Below, one piece after another: positions 12,770 to 24,631 of a stretch of DNA of 61,598 nucleotides. This DNA is from Catajapyx aquilonaris. Lineage: Eukaryota. Within the stretch, counting starts at the first letter, position 1. Every line of letters begins with the position of its first letter. The notes under the pieces are model-generated. The model had not been told where the DNA came from, made no database searches, and worked only from the letters and a program-made list of their open reading frames with translations. The position numbers and the translations under genes were made by a program. The stretch is taken from the NCBI GenBank assembly GCA_000934665.2, contig JYFJ02002181.1, positions 1-61,598 on the forward strand, read 5' to 3'.

Positions 12770-15700
12770 GTAAGAAAAAGTTTCAAATTCGGGAGAACGA
12801 CCCAAATCCACCATCGAAACTACATTCTGTTCCAAACTCTTACCTCCTTCCCTCCCTCCCCTCCTCCCCTATGCTCCCACTCCCTCCACACACATGTAAG
12901 GCTACTAAGAGCTGTGGAAAATCCCCCTCGTCCCGAAGCTTAGACGTAGTTACCGCGGTGGACACTTTGCCGCCATTCCGGAATGCCAGCAGCCCGCCCT
13001 CATGAATCTTTCATGCGCCATGTTGAAATTTCACTTCGCTTTCCCTCCTCCCTCCACTCCCCGCTTCCGCCCTCCCCTCTCTCGATATCTGCCTTCATTT
13101 GGGTGCAGATTAAGTGGCATCATGTGGCAATTTTCCCACTTTGTCCGAGGGGAGACGCGCTTGCATGCCTATCTGTCTGACACTTGTGCTTGAAAACACT
13201 TCACGCCCAAAAGGGACATGGCGCCAAAAAAAAGCAGCTGCGTTAAAAAATGCCTGGAGTTTTTACATCGGATTTTAAAGGCTGTCGTTAGTGAGCATTC
13301 CGACGGATCAATTTCCGGAGTGAATGAAGGACGCTAGGGGACTTTGATAGCCACAATAGTAACCGTATATCTGACAACCCCGGGCCCAGCGGCCATGTTG
13401 CCAAAGATGGCGTGTCGGGAGACCCACTTCGCAAATGGCCACTTGACTAGGGCACTCCCCATTGCTCAATGTTACCTCGCCCTTTTCCCCATCGATTTGC
13501 CCTCCCATCTGCCACTCGATAGGCGTTTATAAAACCCGGCCGCCAGAAAATTTTTTGGAAGGGGAGGGGGGTGGGGGGCACACCAAATAATTAAATTGAG
13601 ACATTCTGTCGTTCCACACTGGTTTAGGCTACTTTGGAGTGAAAACTGGTGGAAAAATGGCCTGGGAAAGAGGATGGGATGGAAAAGGCTATAATTGTCC
13701 CGACGCAAACGATGGGAAAGTTCGGAGTGTTCGCAATGTCAACGCCATTTTTCTCTCCCCCCCCCCCTCCCCCTCCCCCTCAACGGCTAAAACTCCCATC
13801 ATGCAACATGGTGGACAAACGAGGTGCGTAGGGGGAGCACATGGTCTACCCGACATGATTCACGCCTGCTTGCCTAATTATTACCTCCCTTTTGCTTAAT
13901 TGTTCTGGCCCGTTCCCATTTTTTTTTCGGTTGGGGACCAGTATGTCTTGTATTCGTGGAGGGTTATACCATACGTGAAGGGGATAAACGCCTATCGAGC
14001 GGTAGGCCCCTAGGTGAAGGCACTTCGGGGTATCGGAGAAGTAAAGTCACGCATGAGCACTTACAGCCTATTTACTTAGCCTGTGTGTGTGTGGATGTGG
14101 ATGTGTGTGTGTGCGCGCTGGGTTTGGAAGGTGGAACATCGGGTGTATGCTGGAGTGGAGCAAACAAGACCTACAGTTGAGGGAGCTGGAATTAGGATGA
14201 ATGAACTCTGCATAACAAAATTTGACTTGACAGTGTTTGTGACGACTGTAAGGCCGAATTTGTATTGACTTAAGCGCAGTATACGTCAAGAAGTCATCAG
14301 GTTTTTTTTTGTTTTCTTGCGAAAACGGGCCGATTTTTCAGAATTTGTTCGGGTATGAACGTTCAAGGCAACGCCTTGGGTAAAAATGCGTGCGTGGCAT
14401 GTGCATGTGCAGCATGTGTAGTGTGTAGAAATAGCCGAATGTATTGAAAAGCGATATTTAATTCAACATGGCTGCCGGACAATTCCGAAATAAACTTGCT
14501 GTCGAAGCATATTCAGGTTACATTAAGCTTAAGCGACAATACAGGTTTCTTATGATGAGCGACGGTTTTGACACACGCCATCAAATTAATCATAATTTTT
14601 GTCGTTTAATTTGGCAGTTTAAAAATATATGAGCGACTGATTTGTGCGGATTTATCGCCGTTATGAATTTCCCAGGCAGTTCGACTGAACTGCGCGATCA
14701 ATTCTAGTGCCCTGATGACATGCGGAACACTTTGTATTAGTTTCTGCCAGGATGTTGAACTGCGTGGTGTAAGTTATACTGTATAGCCTGCAGGGAAAGG
14801 AGGCTTATGCCATCCAAAATGCATATATACAGTTGCTGAGCCATGCATTTACTGCCTAATTATGCTTATGAGGATCAGTCAACTTCATGCAGTATCGGGT
14901 ACACCGAATAATTATACAATATTTTGGCGGAGTTTAAAATCACCATAATTAAACGTCTTTGATACAAACAGTATAATAAGTTTTGCTTAAATAATTTCCT
15001 TCAATGTTTTAAGAATATATAAACTTAAACTTTGTCGCAACAATATTTGACCTGCTAAACTATAGCCATGCGACAATAGCAAAAGTACTTGTCTCACAAA
15101 AAATGGAGGGATAATAACATATGCCAATATTGTTAGATGTCTGCTTTTTTCCAACATGGCATTGATAGGCATGTCGTTAGTTCCGTTGCGGCACAATCAG
15201 ACACAATAGAATTGGCGAAACTGATTTGCTTCTTTTTTTGTGCACCGCTTTAAATTTCACTCGCCAATCAGATATCAATTTGCTTTTATCAGATATTATA
15301 TTTAGAGCATATTTCTGTACGGTATATCTTGAAGGTCCAGAGGTATATGCCTCATTTGTTTTGACTGAAAAGGAGAATAAGTTACTTATTCAAATCCATA
15401 TCACTGATATTAATCTTAACCTTAAGAACTATAATCGCCAATGACATTTTTACAATCAAAATTGCAAAATTATAGCCAATAAAATCAAACGTTTTAATTC
15501 AAAGATGTCGTTGGCCCACCTCAATATGTAAACATCACCTTCAAGTTTTAAAAATACAAAATTTTAAAACCTCAAAATCGCAAAAAATACTACGAAGACA
15601 TCTTTCTTGGACATCCGACAGCCCTGACCCTTGACCTTTCAAGGGCCAACTTATCCGAAACAGTGCGTCTCTTACATAGTCCATAGGCCGCATCGAGTCC

Positions 15701-18585
15701 CCGATTGCGTGAGTGTGTCGCTGGGGCGAGTCAAAATGGCGACTTTGGTGCATAAGCAGCGGCATGCAAGGGGGGGTAGTGGGAGGCAGGGGGTAGTGGG
15801 GGTGGGTGGGTGTGCGGAGGGGGGAGGGGGCGGGAAAAGCCCGGGGAGAGAGGAAAGATCGATGTTATGTAGCTTATAGTAGACGGGGGAGGCCTGTTTG
15901 CAGCGAATGGCGCAAGCTCTAAGCCCACCAACAAATGGAGAGCCTCCACTTTTACAAAGATTTCAATTGGCGCCCTGCATTTTTTTTCCTTCCGAATTTT
16001 TTTTCCACGGCTTTTCTAGGAAAGGGTGAAAGCGAAAAAAAAGAGGTAGGGGGAAGGGAGGGAAAATCCTCCCCTCTTCCCTCTATCCCCTCGTTAATTT
16101 TAGATCGTGCTGAGGGCAAAGCCTTTTCGATGGGCCAAGATGAATTAAAGTTGCAGGAATTAGCCCTCATCCCTCCAACGTGGTGACACGACCCCCCTAT
16201 CCCATGGGTGGGTGGGGGAGGGTCAAGGGGGTGGGAGAGAGAAGAGTGGGTCAAAAAAAAGAGGATTTGGCCGTCACCTTTCCGGTGGGCTATCGTCGGT
16301 TGAGTGGTATTGTGTCCACTTGAACGGGCGATTCGGTTTCGGACACAATTGCCAACGGAAGCAACATTTGTTTCCAGAGACCGACACAGCTTTTTCCGCC
16401 TTTCAAAATCTACGCCTAGTACGAGTTTCCACGGATTTGCAATATTGATACTGATATATTATTCATGTGGAAGGAAAAATAATTTATGCAGCCTTCCCGC
16501 GCCTATTCTTATCCGAACGTACGTGTTCATTGTAGGCTATAGGCTATACATAACGAATTGAATAATGGGTTGAAAAATACTAGCATTAATGAACAATCAT
16601 AGGAAAACTATATTGCAGGCTATAATCATTGTTGTATGCGATTTATGCACTTACTTTGTGCCATCTTCAGTTGTAATGACTTTTAGAAATATCAAATAAT
16701 AATTAATAATTTTCTGTACAAAACGTCCACTCTTAGATTATAAATGGAACTGAAATGTTGAAATTAAAACTTATGTTTGGTATACTTATCTTGTGAAATT
16801 ATGATATTCACAAACGTGGCACTGACATTAAAATTTATGATTTGATATAAGCCTACCTCGCTTACTTTTGTATATCGGAGAAATAGCAGCGATCGAAACA
16901 CTGCCAATACGAATCATATTCATAGTATAGATTGATTCATGTCATGTTGGTATTGCCTATTTACACGGGGGTGCGACCATTTTAATAATTCCAGCAGGAA
17001 AAGAAACATCGAATTTATGGATAAATTATAAATAACGCACATTTTAATACGACATTACACATTCAGTACACAAATCTGCTACTTGCGTTTACTTGCAAAT
17101 TTTAGTCATGTTTTTGTCGTATCCTAAAATAAAGGAGCATATGAAATTTAAATGTCTCCCATTTAGTCTAGGAGTTAACCACATGTTCACTAGAAACATT
17201 AAGTACACCTCAGGATGTGAATTTCTGGCCAGCATCCGCGTTAAAAATATTATGCCACGACTAGTAGAATCAAAACGATGTGTAAATATCCAGAAAAATA
17301 TTTACACTCTGCCTCATATGCAGATACGCTGAAACCTGTTAGTTTTAGTGGTGTAAATTATCAATTGATTTACGAGGCTTTAAAACAAAGCAGTAATGTG
17401 GATGGTCTGCAAATATTTGTACCACAAAATCTGATTAATTCATTTTTGTCAAATGCGGGGAATTTTAGCGCATAATTTACACGGTAGGTGTGGATACAAC
17501 ATGTTTTGAAAATAGACCGATGTGTAAGTGCAGCACAAATGTCAGCCTTCAGTCAATATTATGGTGACACACAATACACAGTTTTGCTCATTCAAGACTC
17601 ACTGTAAAAACAGTCGTGTCAACAGCACAGTCGCGCAAAACGTAGAAGCCCAATTAAATCCCACCAATTTCCTATTTATAGAGCGGGTGCGTACTCCTAC
17701 CACCCCCTTAGTTGTTTTTTTTTTCGTTTGCTTCTGCCATCACATACGAACATAATATATCGGCACGCATGAGCTCACGAAAAGCCAAGAGGCGACGCAA
17801 ACCCAGGCCCACAATTCCCAATATTGATCTCTTTGGGAATTCTGTTTACCCAAGAAGAAATGGCCAAGTTTGCCTCCCCCATCTACCCATCTAAACCTTC
17901 TCCTCCCTCTCCCCCCCTACAGCCCTCCCCACTTCAGAGGTACTACAAAAGGTAACAGGAAAAGATACGTAAAGCTTCTCTCTTGGTTCCCTCCCCTCCT
18001 TCCCCCTACCCCCCATGAAGTTCGTCTTCTTTGGACTCTTCGCAGTTCCCCTTTTTCCTTTTCTTTCTCTTTGGTTTCTTTCTTTCTTTCTTTTTTTTCT
18101 TTTTGGGTCGGTTCTGAGAAACTGAGAGATAAGAATCGACCCAAATGGGCCGGTTGTCGTGCAAGCGATGCTAGTGGTCGGTTTCAGGTATTGACCCGTA
18201 TACTTTTATAGGAGACACTAGTAAAATTTATCGGGACGGTCTAGCATTGTTTGAGAGGGCCTTCCCTGCTGTGTTTGTTTTCATCTTTTTAAGGCCTGCT
18301 TGGCCTGCATGTGGGGCATGACTAACGGCCGGATAATGAACCCACGTGTACGAAAATATTATGATTAGAATGTACTATCTTTGTAGGCACACGGTATAGC
18401 GATATATTTGATTCCGAGGAACTGTACAAACAACGTATACCTGTTACCAACTATCGTAGGAAGTAGATCTGTCACTATGATCACTGATTATCTTAGCTTA
18501 ACCTAGCGAGTTAGTTCTAACTCCATCTGAGAAAAATCCAGAAAATTTTGCTAGCATTTTTCTATAAAAATACAGGGTCCAAGTT

Positions 18586-18845
18586 TTTTTTAAATGCCCC
18601 TTGATATGGCGGAGCCCTCTTAGGGGGTAAGGGGGCGCTGTAATTATAGTCATTTCTGACTTTGTGAAATACACCAGACCTTTTCTCCTGGCCCAGGGCA
18701 GAGTAGGGAGTGCAATTCTGTCCCGGCATGTTGTGTGAAAAGCGGAAAAAAACCCCGGTCAAGCAGAGGTGACGGGGACGGGATTTGAACCCCGGCCTCC
18801 CGCTTGGCTGGCCAGTGGCGTAACCGATAGACCACCATGCCTCCC
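18586..18845 (-). mobile_element. tRNA-derived SINE, family 2, full length
   Basis: The minus strand begins GGGAGGCATGGTGGTCTATCGG (A box), contains GGTTCAAATCC (B box) and ends in an A-rich tail. Perfect 15-bp TSD TACAGGGTCCAAGTT at 18571-18585 and 18846-18860. The 3' part recurs at 55790-55970. Confidence 0.9.
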
Positions 18846-18854
18846 TACAGGGTC

Positions 18855-19352
18855 CAAGTTCGTGGGTCGTTTTTTGTTACAACTGATATCGTCCGTAGTA
18901 GTTATATTTGTGTAGCTTATTGTGCCCCGATCCAGATGCCTCAGTACTATCAGGTGGTAGAATGTAATATAATAATATCTTACCCCGTTATCAGCCTTTT
19001 TCGGCTCTTCAGGGATTATTTTTTTTTGTCTGGAACTCTTGCGTACATTTTATACTTTGCTTTTTGGGATAGGATAGGAAAGGAATGAGGCGGCTGTGGC
19101 CTATTATTTTAGGAAACAACTCCGGAATTCTCCTGGAGGGACCGTGGGAAACCGCAGAAAACCACGGTTAGAGTTTCCGGCCCCGGGGCTCGAACCCAGG
19201 ACCTCCCGATTAGCAGTCGGACCCTATAGCCACTCCACCAAACTGCTTCGGTTGGTAGAATGTAGCAGTGGCTGGTTAGGGGCGCAACAAGCTACACAAA
19301 AATAACTACTTTGGACGATATCAGTGATAACAAAAAACGACCCGCGAACTTG
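18855..19352. mobile_element. Foldback/MITE-like element (about 80-bp inverted arms) interrupted by a SINE
   Basis: Arm 18855-18935 (CAAGTTCGTGGGTCGTTTTTTGTTACAACTGATATCGTCC...) is the reverse complement of 19272-19352 with scattered mismatches. The true termini are uncertain. Confidence 0.75.
18967..19252 (-). mobile_element. tRNA-derived SINE, family 1, copy A
   Basis: Minus strand reads ACCGAAGCAGTTTGGTGGAGTGG...CCGACTGCTAATCGGGAGGTCCTGGGTTCGAGCCCC, followed by the CCGTGGTTTTCTG central domain. 12-bp TSD TGGTAGAATGTA at 18955-18966 and 19253-19264. Confidence 0.9.
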
Positions 19353-19421
19353 CAAAAATTGTGAAAAAATGATAAAAAATAACAGCTTTAAGCGAAATTT
19401 TCTATTACTATAACTATTATA

Positions 19422-19694
19422 CCGAAGCAAGTTGGTGTGGTGGTTAAGGAGCCCGACTGCTAATCGGAAGGTCCTGGGTTCGAATCCCGGGACCGGCAAC
19501 CCTGACCGTGGTTTTCTGTGGTTTTCCACGGTCCCCCCCCCCCCTCCCACAGGATAATTCCGGGGTTGTTTCGGTATAATAGGCCACGGCCGCCTCCTTC
19601 TTCCCTATCCTTGGCCCCATCCAATGGTGGTACTCCACCCCCCTAATGGAGCGCCGATTCTCCATATGGGGTAGGCTATAATATAATAAAATAA
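19422..19694 (+). mobile_element. tRNA-derived SINE, family 1, copy B
   Basis: A box TGGTGTGGTGG, anticodon-like arm CCGA-CTGCTAA-TCGG, B box GGTTCGAATCC and an A-rich tail. 12-bp TSD ATAACTATTATA at 19410-19421 and 19695-19706. Confidence 0.9.
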
Positions 19695-20783
19695 ATAACT
19701 ATTATAACTTGCTGGTAGGTTCCCCCCCAAAGGTACTCAGCGCCTGCAGCTATGTTGTACCGCACAAGAAGAGAGGCGCATAGGTTAGCTAACCGCCAGG
19801 ATAAAACCACTCCATTTCCTCTTAGAACAGAAATGTACCGATATCTCCGATAGTACTGTCGGCCATAATCTGTGAGGCACGTTAGACCGAGAAACCCGGT
19901 GGGCCGTGCAGGGACAGCAGGGTAATAAATAACTCAAGTAGGTGCAAGCGGGGTAACGGAAGGGAGACGAGAGTGGGAAAAAGTAAATCTGGCCACAACC
20001 CATGGGTACAGCCTGGGTTTGGAGTGAAGACCCGTGAAGAGAGGGGGGGTCCAGTGGGGTTGGGGGGATGCTGCTGCTCCTCTCCGCCGCCGACGCCGCC
20101 ACCGTATCATGGGATTTGCAACCATTGAATAGTCAATCCCTGAGCCTTTTGTTGACTGAAGTCCGGGCACAATCTGTTTAGGGAGCGGCTCGCAGGATCA
20201 AATTTCAATGAACNGGAATGGGGGGAAAGGGGTGTGGATAAGCAGAGGTGGTGGTGGTGGGTCATTTTCGGATCGAGTGCTGGTGGAAAAGGGTTGAAGG
20301 AGCGACAGAGGGTGAGCACTGGGCCGTGTGACATGGGGGTTCTCACACTAGGATCGGATGGGGTCAAGAGGTCAATAGGAGACTCGGCACCTCGGTGATG
20401 AATGCCACTCACAATCACTAGTTGCTGTGATGAATATAAGCATGGGGTGATGGCCTGTCATGTTCGGGACTGGTTTTATACGCGTCCCGGTGTGCGGCGC
20501 TATGTGAGCAGATGGTAGGCGCTTAGTAACCAGTCAACTCTCCAAATATCTCGGGACCAACCTGACATCACACCGTTCAAGATATTCTCAAATATAAGAA
20601 CGATTTGGCAGTAAATTGCTTCAAAAATAATTTCTCATAAAAATTATCATCGACAGAACTTGACACACACATGTTGATCGGTACCATATATTTTGTAAGT
20701 ATATACCCACCATTATCACTGCCACGCCTATTTCTTTAAAATTCTGATTCTCACTATATTCTCGCCTGTCAAAAGTTTTTGTA

Positions 20784-21020
20784 CAGTGTTAGACATTAAT
20801 CGCGTCATACTCCTAACGACATTCTCCGATGCGGCAGACGTGCAAAGCTAAGTGATAGAGTGCGAGCCGTGCGAGAAAGAAATGGTAGTAGGCCTTGGGT
20901 GACGTCACCCAAGGCCTACCTCTTCTGATTCGCACGGCTCGCACTCTATAACTTCGATTTACACGTCTGCCGAATCGAAAAATGTCGCTAGCAGTACGAC
21001 GCGATTAATGTCTAACACTG
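20784..21020. mobile_element. Palindromic MITE (Tc1/mariner-type, TA flanks)
   Basis: TIR CAGTGTTAGACATTAATCGCGTC / GACGCGATTAATGTCTAACACTG with TA on both sides. Inverted symmetry continues to a perfect 32-bp central palindrome at 20888-20919. Confidence 0.88.
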
Positions 21021-21563
21021 TAGGTGACGAAACTTGTAATGGTTACTTGATGCAAGGACAGGTTTAAGTATGGGTACTCAAAGGTTCACCATTTCAACCG
21101 TTGCAGACGTTGGGAATGCCCGTGCAAGTACTGCCATGTTCAGAACCACAATCAGGCATCAGCTTAATCCAGACATTGAGAGACCTTCATACGTTTCAAT
21201 GCCTCCAAATATATATATTTTTAATCGGGCGAAAACCTATAGGCAGTAACCAAGAGACGAAGGAATAAGCTTGGGGGTGAAAATATGGTACAGTGCCAAG
21301 GCTCGAAAAATAGGTCGATCGACATTTTTTGTGTCAAATGGTAGCTAAACATCTCTTCCGTCATATGGCCATGTTGATTTCCGGAAGAAATTATTTTTAC
21401 CGGGTATGAGATAGTAGGCTAGTACTTAATTTTATTCATTGTCGCAGTACTTGTTGTCACCCACCCATGCTCAACACCCACATTAACTTATATTTAAGAA
21501 ATTATTTGTAGTACCATCAGGTACAGGTGTCACTCAACATGACCGACTTTTGCATCATTTCAG

Positions 21564-21767
21564 GGCGACCTGTTCAGCGGCCTGAACGATGGGCTTCTAA
21601 GCAGGGCCGAAGCTTTGGCCGCGGTGGACATGGCCAAGCATCCGGCCACAGCCACTCCCGGCCTGCCTCAACTCAAGCACGATATGATGTACCACCATCC
21701 GTCAATGGCCAACCCACATCACACGGCCAACTCGCGACCTCATCAAGTGGGCGCACCATGGATGCAG
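21564..21767 (+). CDS. POU4: POU4/Brn-3/Acj6-family transcription factor, internal coding exon (second half of the POU-IV box plus His-rich region)
   Basis: Acceptor tttgcatcatttcag| and donor CAG|gtgagc. The exon is 204 nt, phase 0/0, and translates as GDLFSGLNDGLLSRAEALAAVDMAKHPATATPGLPQLKHDMMYHHPSMANPHHTANSRPHQVGAPWMQ. LLSRAEALAAVD is the POU-IV box signature, and the exon joins in frame to 27435. Confidence 0.95.
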
Positions 21768-23144
21768 GTGAGCACAAATTATCATATCTCCTCATTGGTT
21801 CACGGCATTCACAATGGTAGTACTAACCCCGTACATACAGTGCAAGAAGGGAAGCTTCTTCCTTATAGGTAAACGTTATAGGGGCACATGCTACCTTCAC
21901 AGCGCAAAAAGAAATCGGGAAGGGGGAATGGGAGAGAATCCTTATTGGATTGGAAGGAAGGTAGCCTGGAAAGAATCGCAGGAAAACATTTCTCCCCTCC
22001 CCTCCAGCCCCTACTTCCCTCTAAAGCCAGTCAGTCAGTCCGTCACGGAGCTTGCTTTATCTCCAGGAGGGGAATGAAAAGTGACAGCAGTAAGGTGGAA
22101 AGAGAGGGAGGGAGGGGGGGGGATCTCAAGAACAGGAGCAGGGTTAGCAGAAATTCGGAGAAATGGGTCACCACCATCTCAAAGAATTCCCTGCAAGAAA
22201 ATTGTTCCAGGTGGAAAGGGCGCAGAAGGCAAGATTTGCAGAGCCTGCGGTTACACGAATGACGTCAGAGGTAGTATATTTAGGTCGCTGAAAAATCTGC
22301 TGAAAGTAATTACAGGAGAAATTCTGTTAAACAGACTAAGCCGACCTTGATAAATTTCAGGCAATATAGCATATGTATACGTTTTGTTATATAACTCTTA
22401 TGCCCTATACAGCCTACAGCAATACAGTACAATATACGCAGAGTAGTTACCGTACGTCAAGGTATAATACTAATAATCAAAAACACTGCAATTAGACTGA
22501 TACTATAGAGTTGTCTATTTAACAAGCTGAAAAAACATGTTATGCAATGCTAACTATTACAAAGTATAATGGTGAATCAAATAAAACCCGACATGATGAC
22601 AATAAATTGGGAAAATAGAATGGGGGTAGGCTTCAGTTAGATCTCATCTACTCATAGACCAAATTTGGTTGATATGAGATCCACAGTATTGTCAATGAAA
22701 ATTCAATAGCGGTCCACCACCGGCCAAATGTGGGCCTGACCGCCATGTGGGCTGATGACAGCAGGGACAAGGGTACCCAAATAAAAGCAAGGAAATGACT
22801 TGGATTGAACGGTTAATTTCACGGATCCTCTCTTTGCACATTGAACGAAAATTCTGTTATTGATATTATTCACAATATGTTAATTTGCGTACATACCGGT
22901 AATAATGCGTACTATAATGCTGATGCATTCCAGCTATTTGTATTAAGTAAATAGAGTCAGATAATGTTAATTTAATTAAATGGTGCGTGTAAAATTACAA
23001 AACATCATATTTCTAATGATGATCTTTCAGTATGGCACTGTGGTTTTTTATGGGGTCCTACGTTCAATTCCGGGGGGCGGACAGAGAATATTTTCATTTA
23101 GAAATAATGTCGAATAATTCTCTGTGTATGTTCAAGTGGGTTTA

Positions 23145-23150
23145 CTCTCT

Positions 23151-23211
<61 letters not shown>
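23145..23211. repeat. (CT)n microsatellite
   Basis: Read directly from the sequence, with two CG interruptions near the start. Confidence 0.98.
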
Positions 23212-23214
<3 letters not shown>

Positions 23215-24617
23215 ATCCATAATCATTGAGATATAACGAATAAAGTCGGACATTCAAAAAGAGCTTCTATTGCGTTCGTTCATCGCCTTTTATCCATTTG
23301 GATTATTGAAATTCAATTATTATCGTGATTTCTATCACAGATGTAGATAGGTAACCAGTCAGTTACAACGAATAACATAGCATAAGAAATCAGTTTGCCT
23401 ATACTTATGAAAGAAATTATAACCTTTCTTTTGACTAATAATTGTGTGAAGAATTCAAATCAAATTTTAATTCAGTTTTAGTGTCCCGAAAACTGTACCC
23501 CGCTAGACATCGAACCTGAATGTGAATATTGCATGGCGTCATGTTTTCATCTGCTCAATATTAGAACAGTTCATAATCAATTAAGCTTATTATTTCAATA
23601 TCTCAAACACGACCACTCATAATAATTCAGTAATTTAAGGATTCATTTAAGCTTACTGCGCAATGATTTATATCCTTGCAAATGAGCAAGGAGACATGAT
23701 ATTACATTCAAAATTTTGAGGTCACTGAATGCAGTGTAAGGCTGATACATAATATTTCCTAGAATGACGAATTCATTTGCATAATTTATATCTTGCTCCT
23801 CTGAGCAGTGTCTGCCTATAATTCTTAACAAACTCTCTCACATTATGAGCATTCCGGTATTTCTGCGTAAGACGAAACTACATAACAAGTGTAGAGTATA
23901 CACGCTACAAGGGACATGAATTATTAAGAACTGTCTTTACGTGAACCGCAATGGACCGATCATTTTACAGGGAAATGTAACCATACGGAGAAAATTAGTT
24001 TAAAAATGTACTCCCAAGTTCACTGGTTTAAACTTCTAAGAATTCAAGTGTTCCAGGAAATACTGTACAGGTAAATTCCGACTACTAAGAACAGTGTTAC
24101 GGTTGGAATGAGGGCATTATTACGCGTCATAGTGTGCTGTCGGAAGCGGGATATGAGTACACTACCATTAATATTCTAAGCAGGTATGTACAGTACGTTG
24201 TGTATTTAAGAACCAATTCGTGCAGTTGTATGTGCATAGCCTGAAGTATGGCATGTGACCACAAGCATAAACACCAATCAAATCATATTCCATCAAAAAT
24301 ATTTCCCGATATGAAAGCAAAATTATGAACCACCATACAGGGTGAGACTCAAAATTTCAATTCAAATCAGTAAACCTTTGATCAAACTGGCTGATATATA
24401 NNNCCCCCCCCCCCCCCCATCTTAATGACATTCGACTCAAAAAGGAACCCTTCTCCTCCCTCCGTAATTAAGCCTTACCCGATTTCACTCTTACCGAATC
24501 CTACCGGAAAAGCAAGAAAAAGAACTTCTTCCCCCACCTCCCACTTCCCCTTCTTCTCCTCCACCCCTTCCTTTTCCAGCAGCATCCGTAGACTTGGGGG
24601 AACTTTTAGGGGCGCCG

Positions 24618-24631
24618 ATGCATGATTAATG
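24618..24631 (+). promoter_or_regulatory. Candidate POU4-class binding site in the last intron
   Basis: ATGCATGATTAATG is one mismatch from the POU4F-type consensus ATGCATAATTAATG. This is a motif match only. Confidence 0.35.

Noticed and set aside
18981..19014. Hammerhead ribozyme (CTGAAGA-GCC-GAAAAA-GGC on the minus strand)
   Set aside because: The required GAAA after stem II is absent (TGATA), and stems I and III are not evident. It is better explained as the shared SINE tail stem-loop.
19422..19500. tRNA gene with GCT (Ser) anticodon
   Set aside because: There is no convincing acceptor stem or Ser-type long variable arm. It continues into a repeated body and A-rich tail with TSDs and occurs three times, so it is a SINE head.
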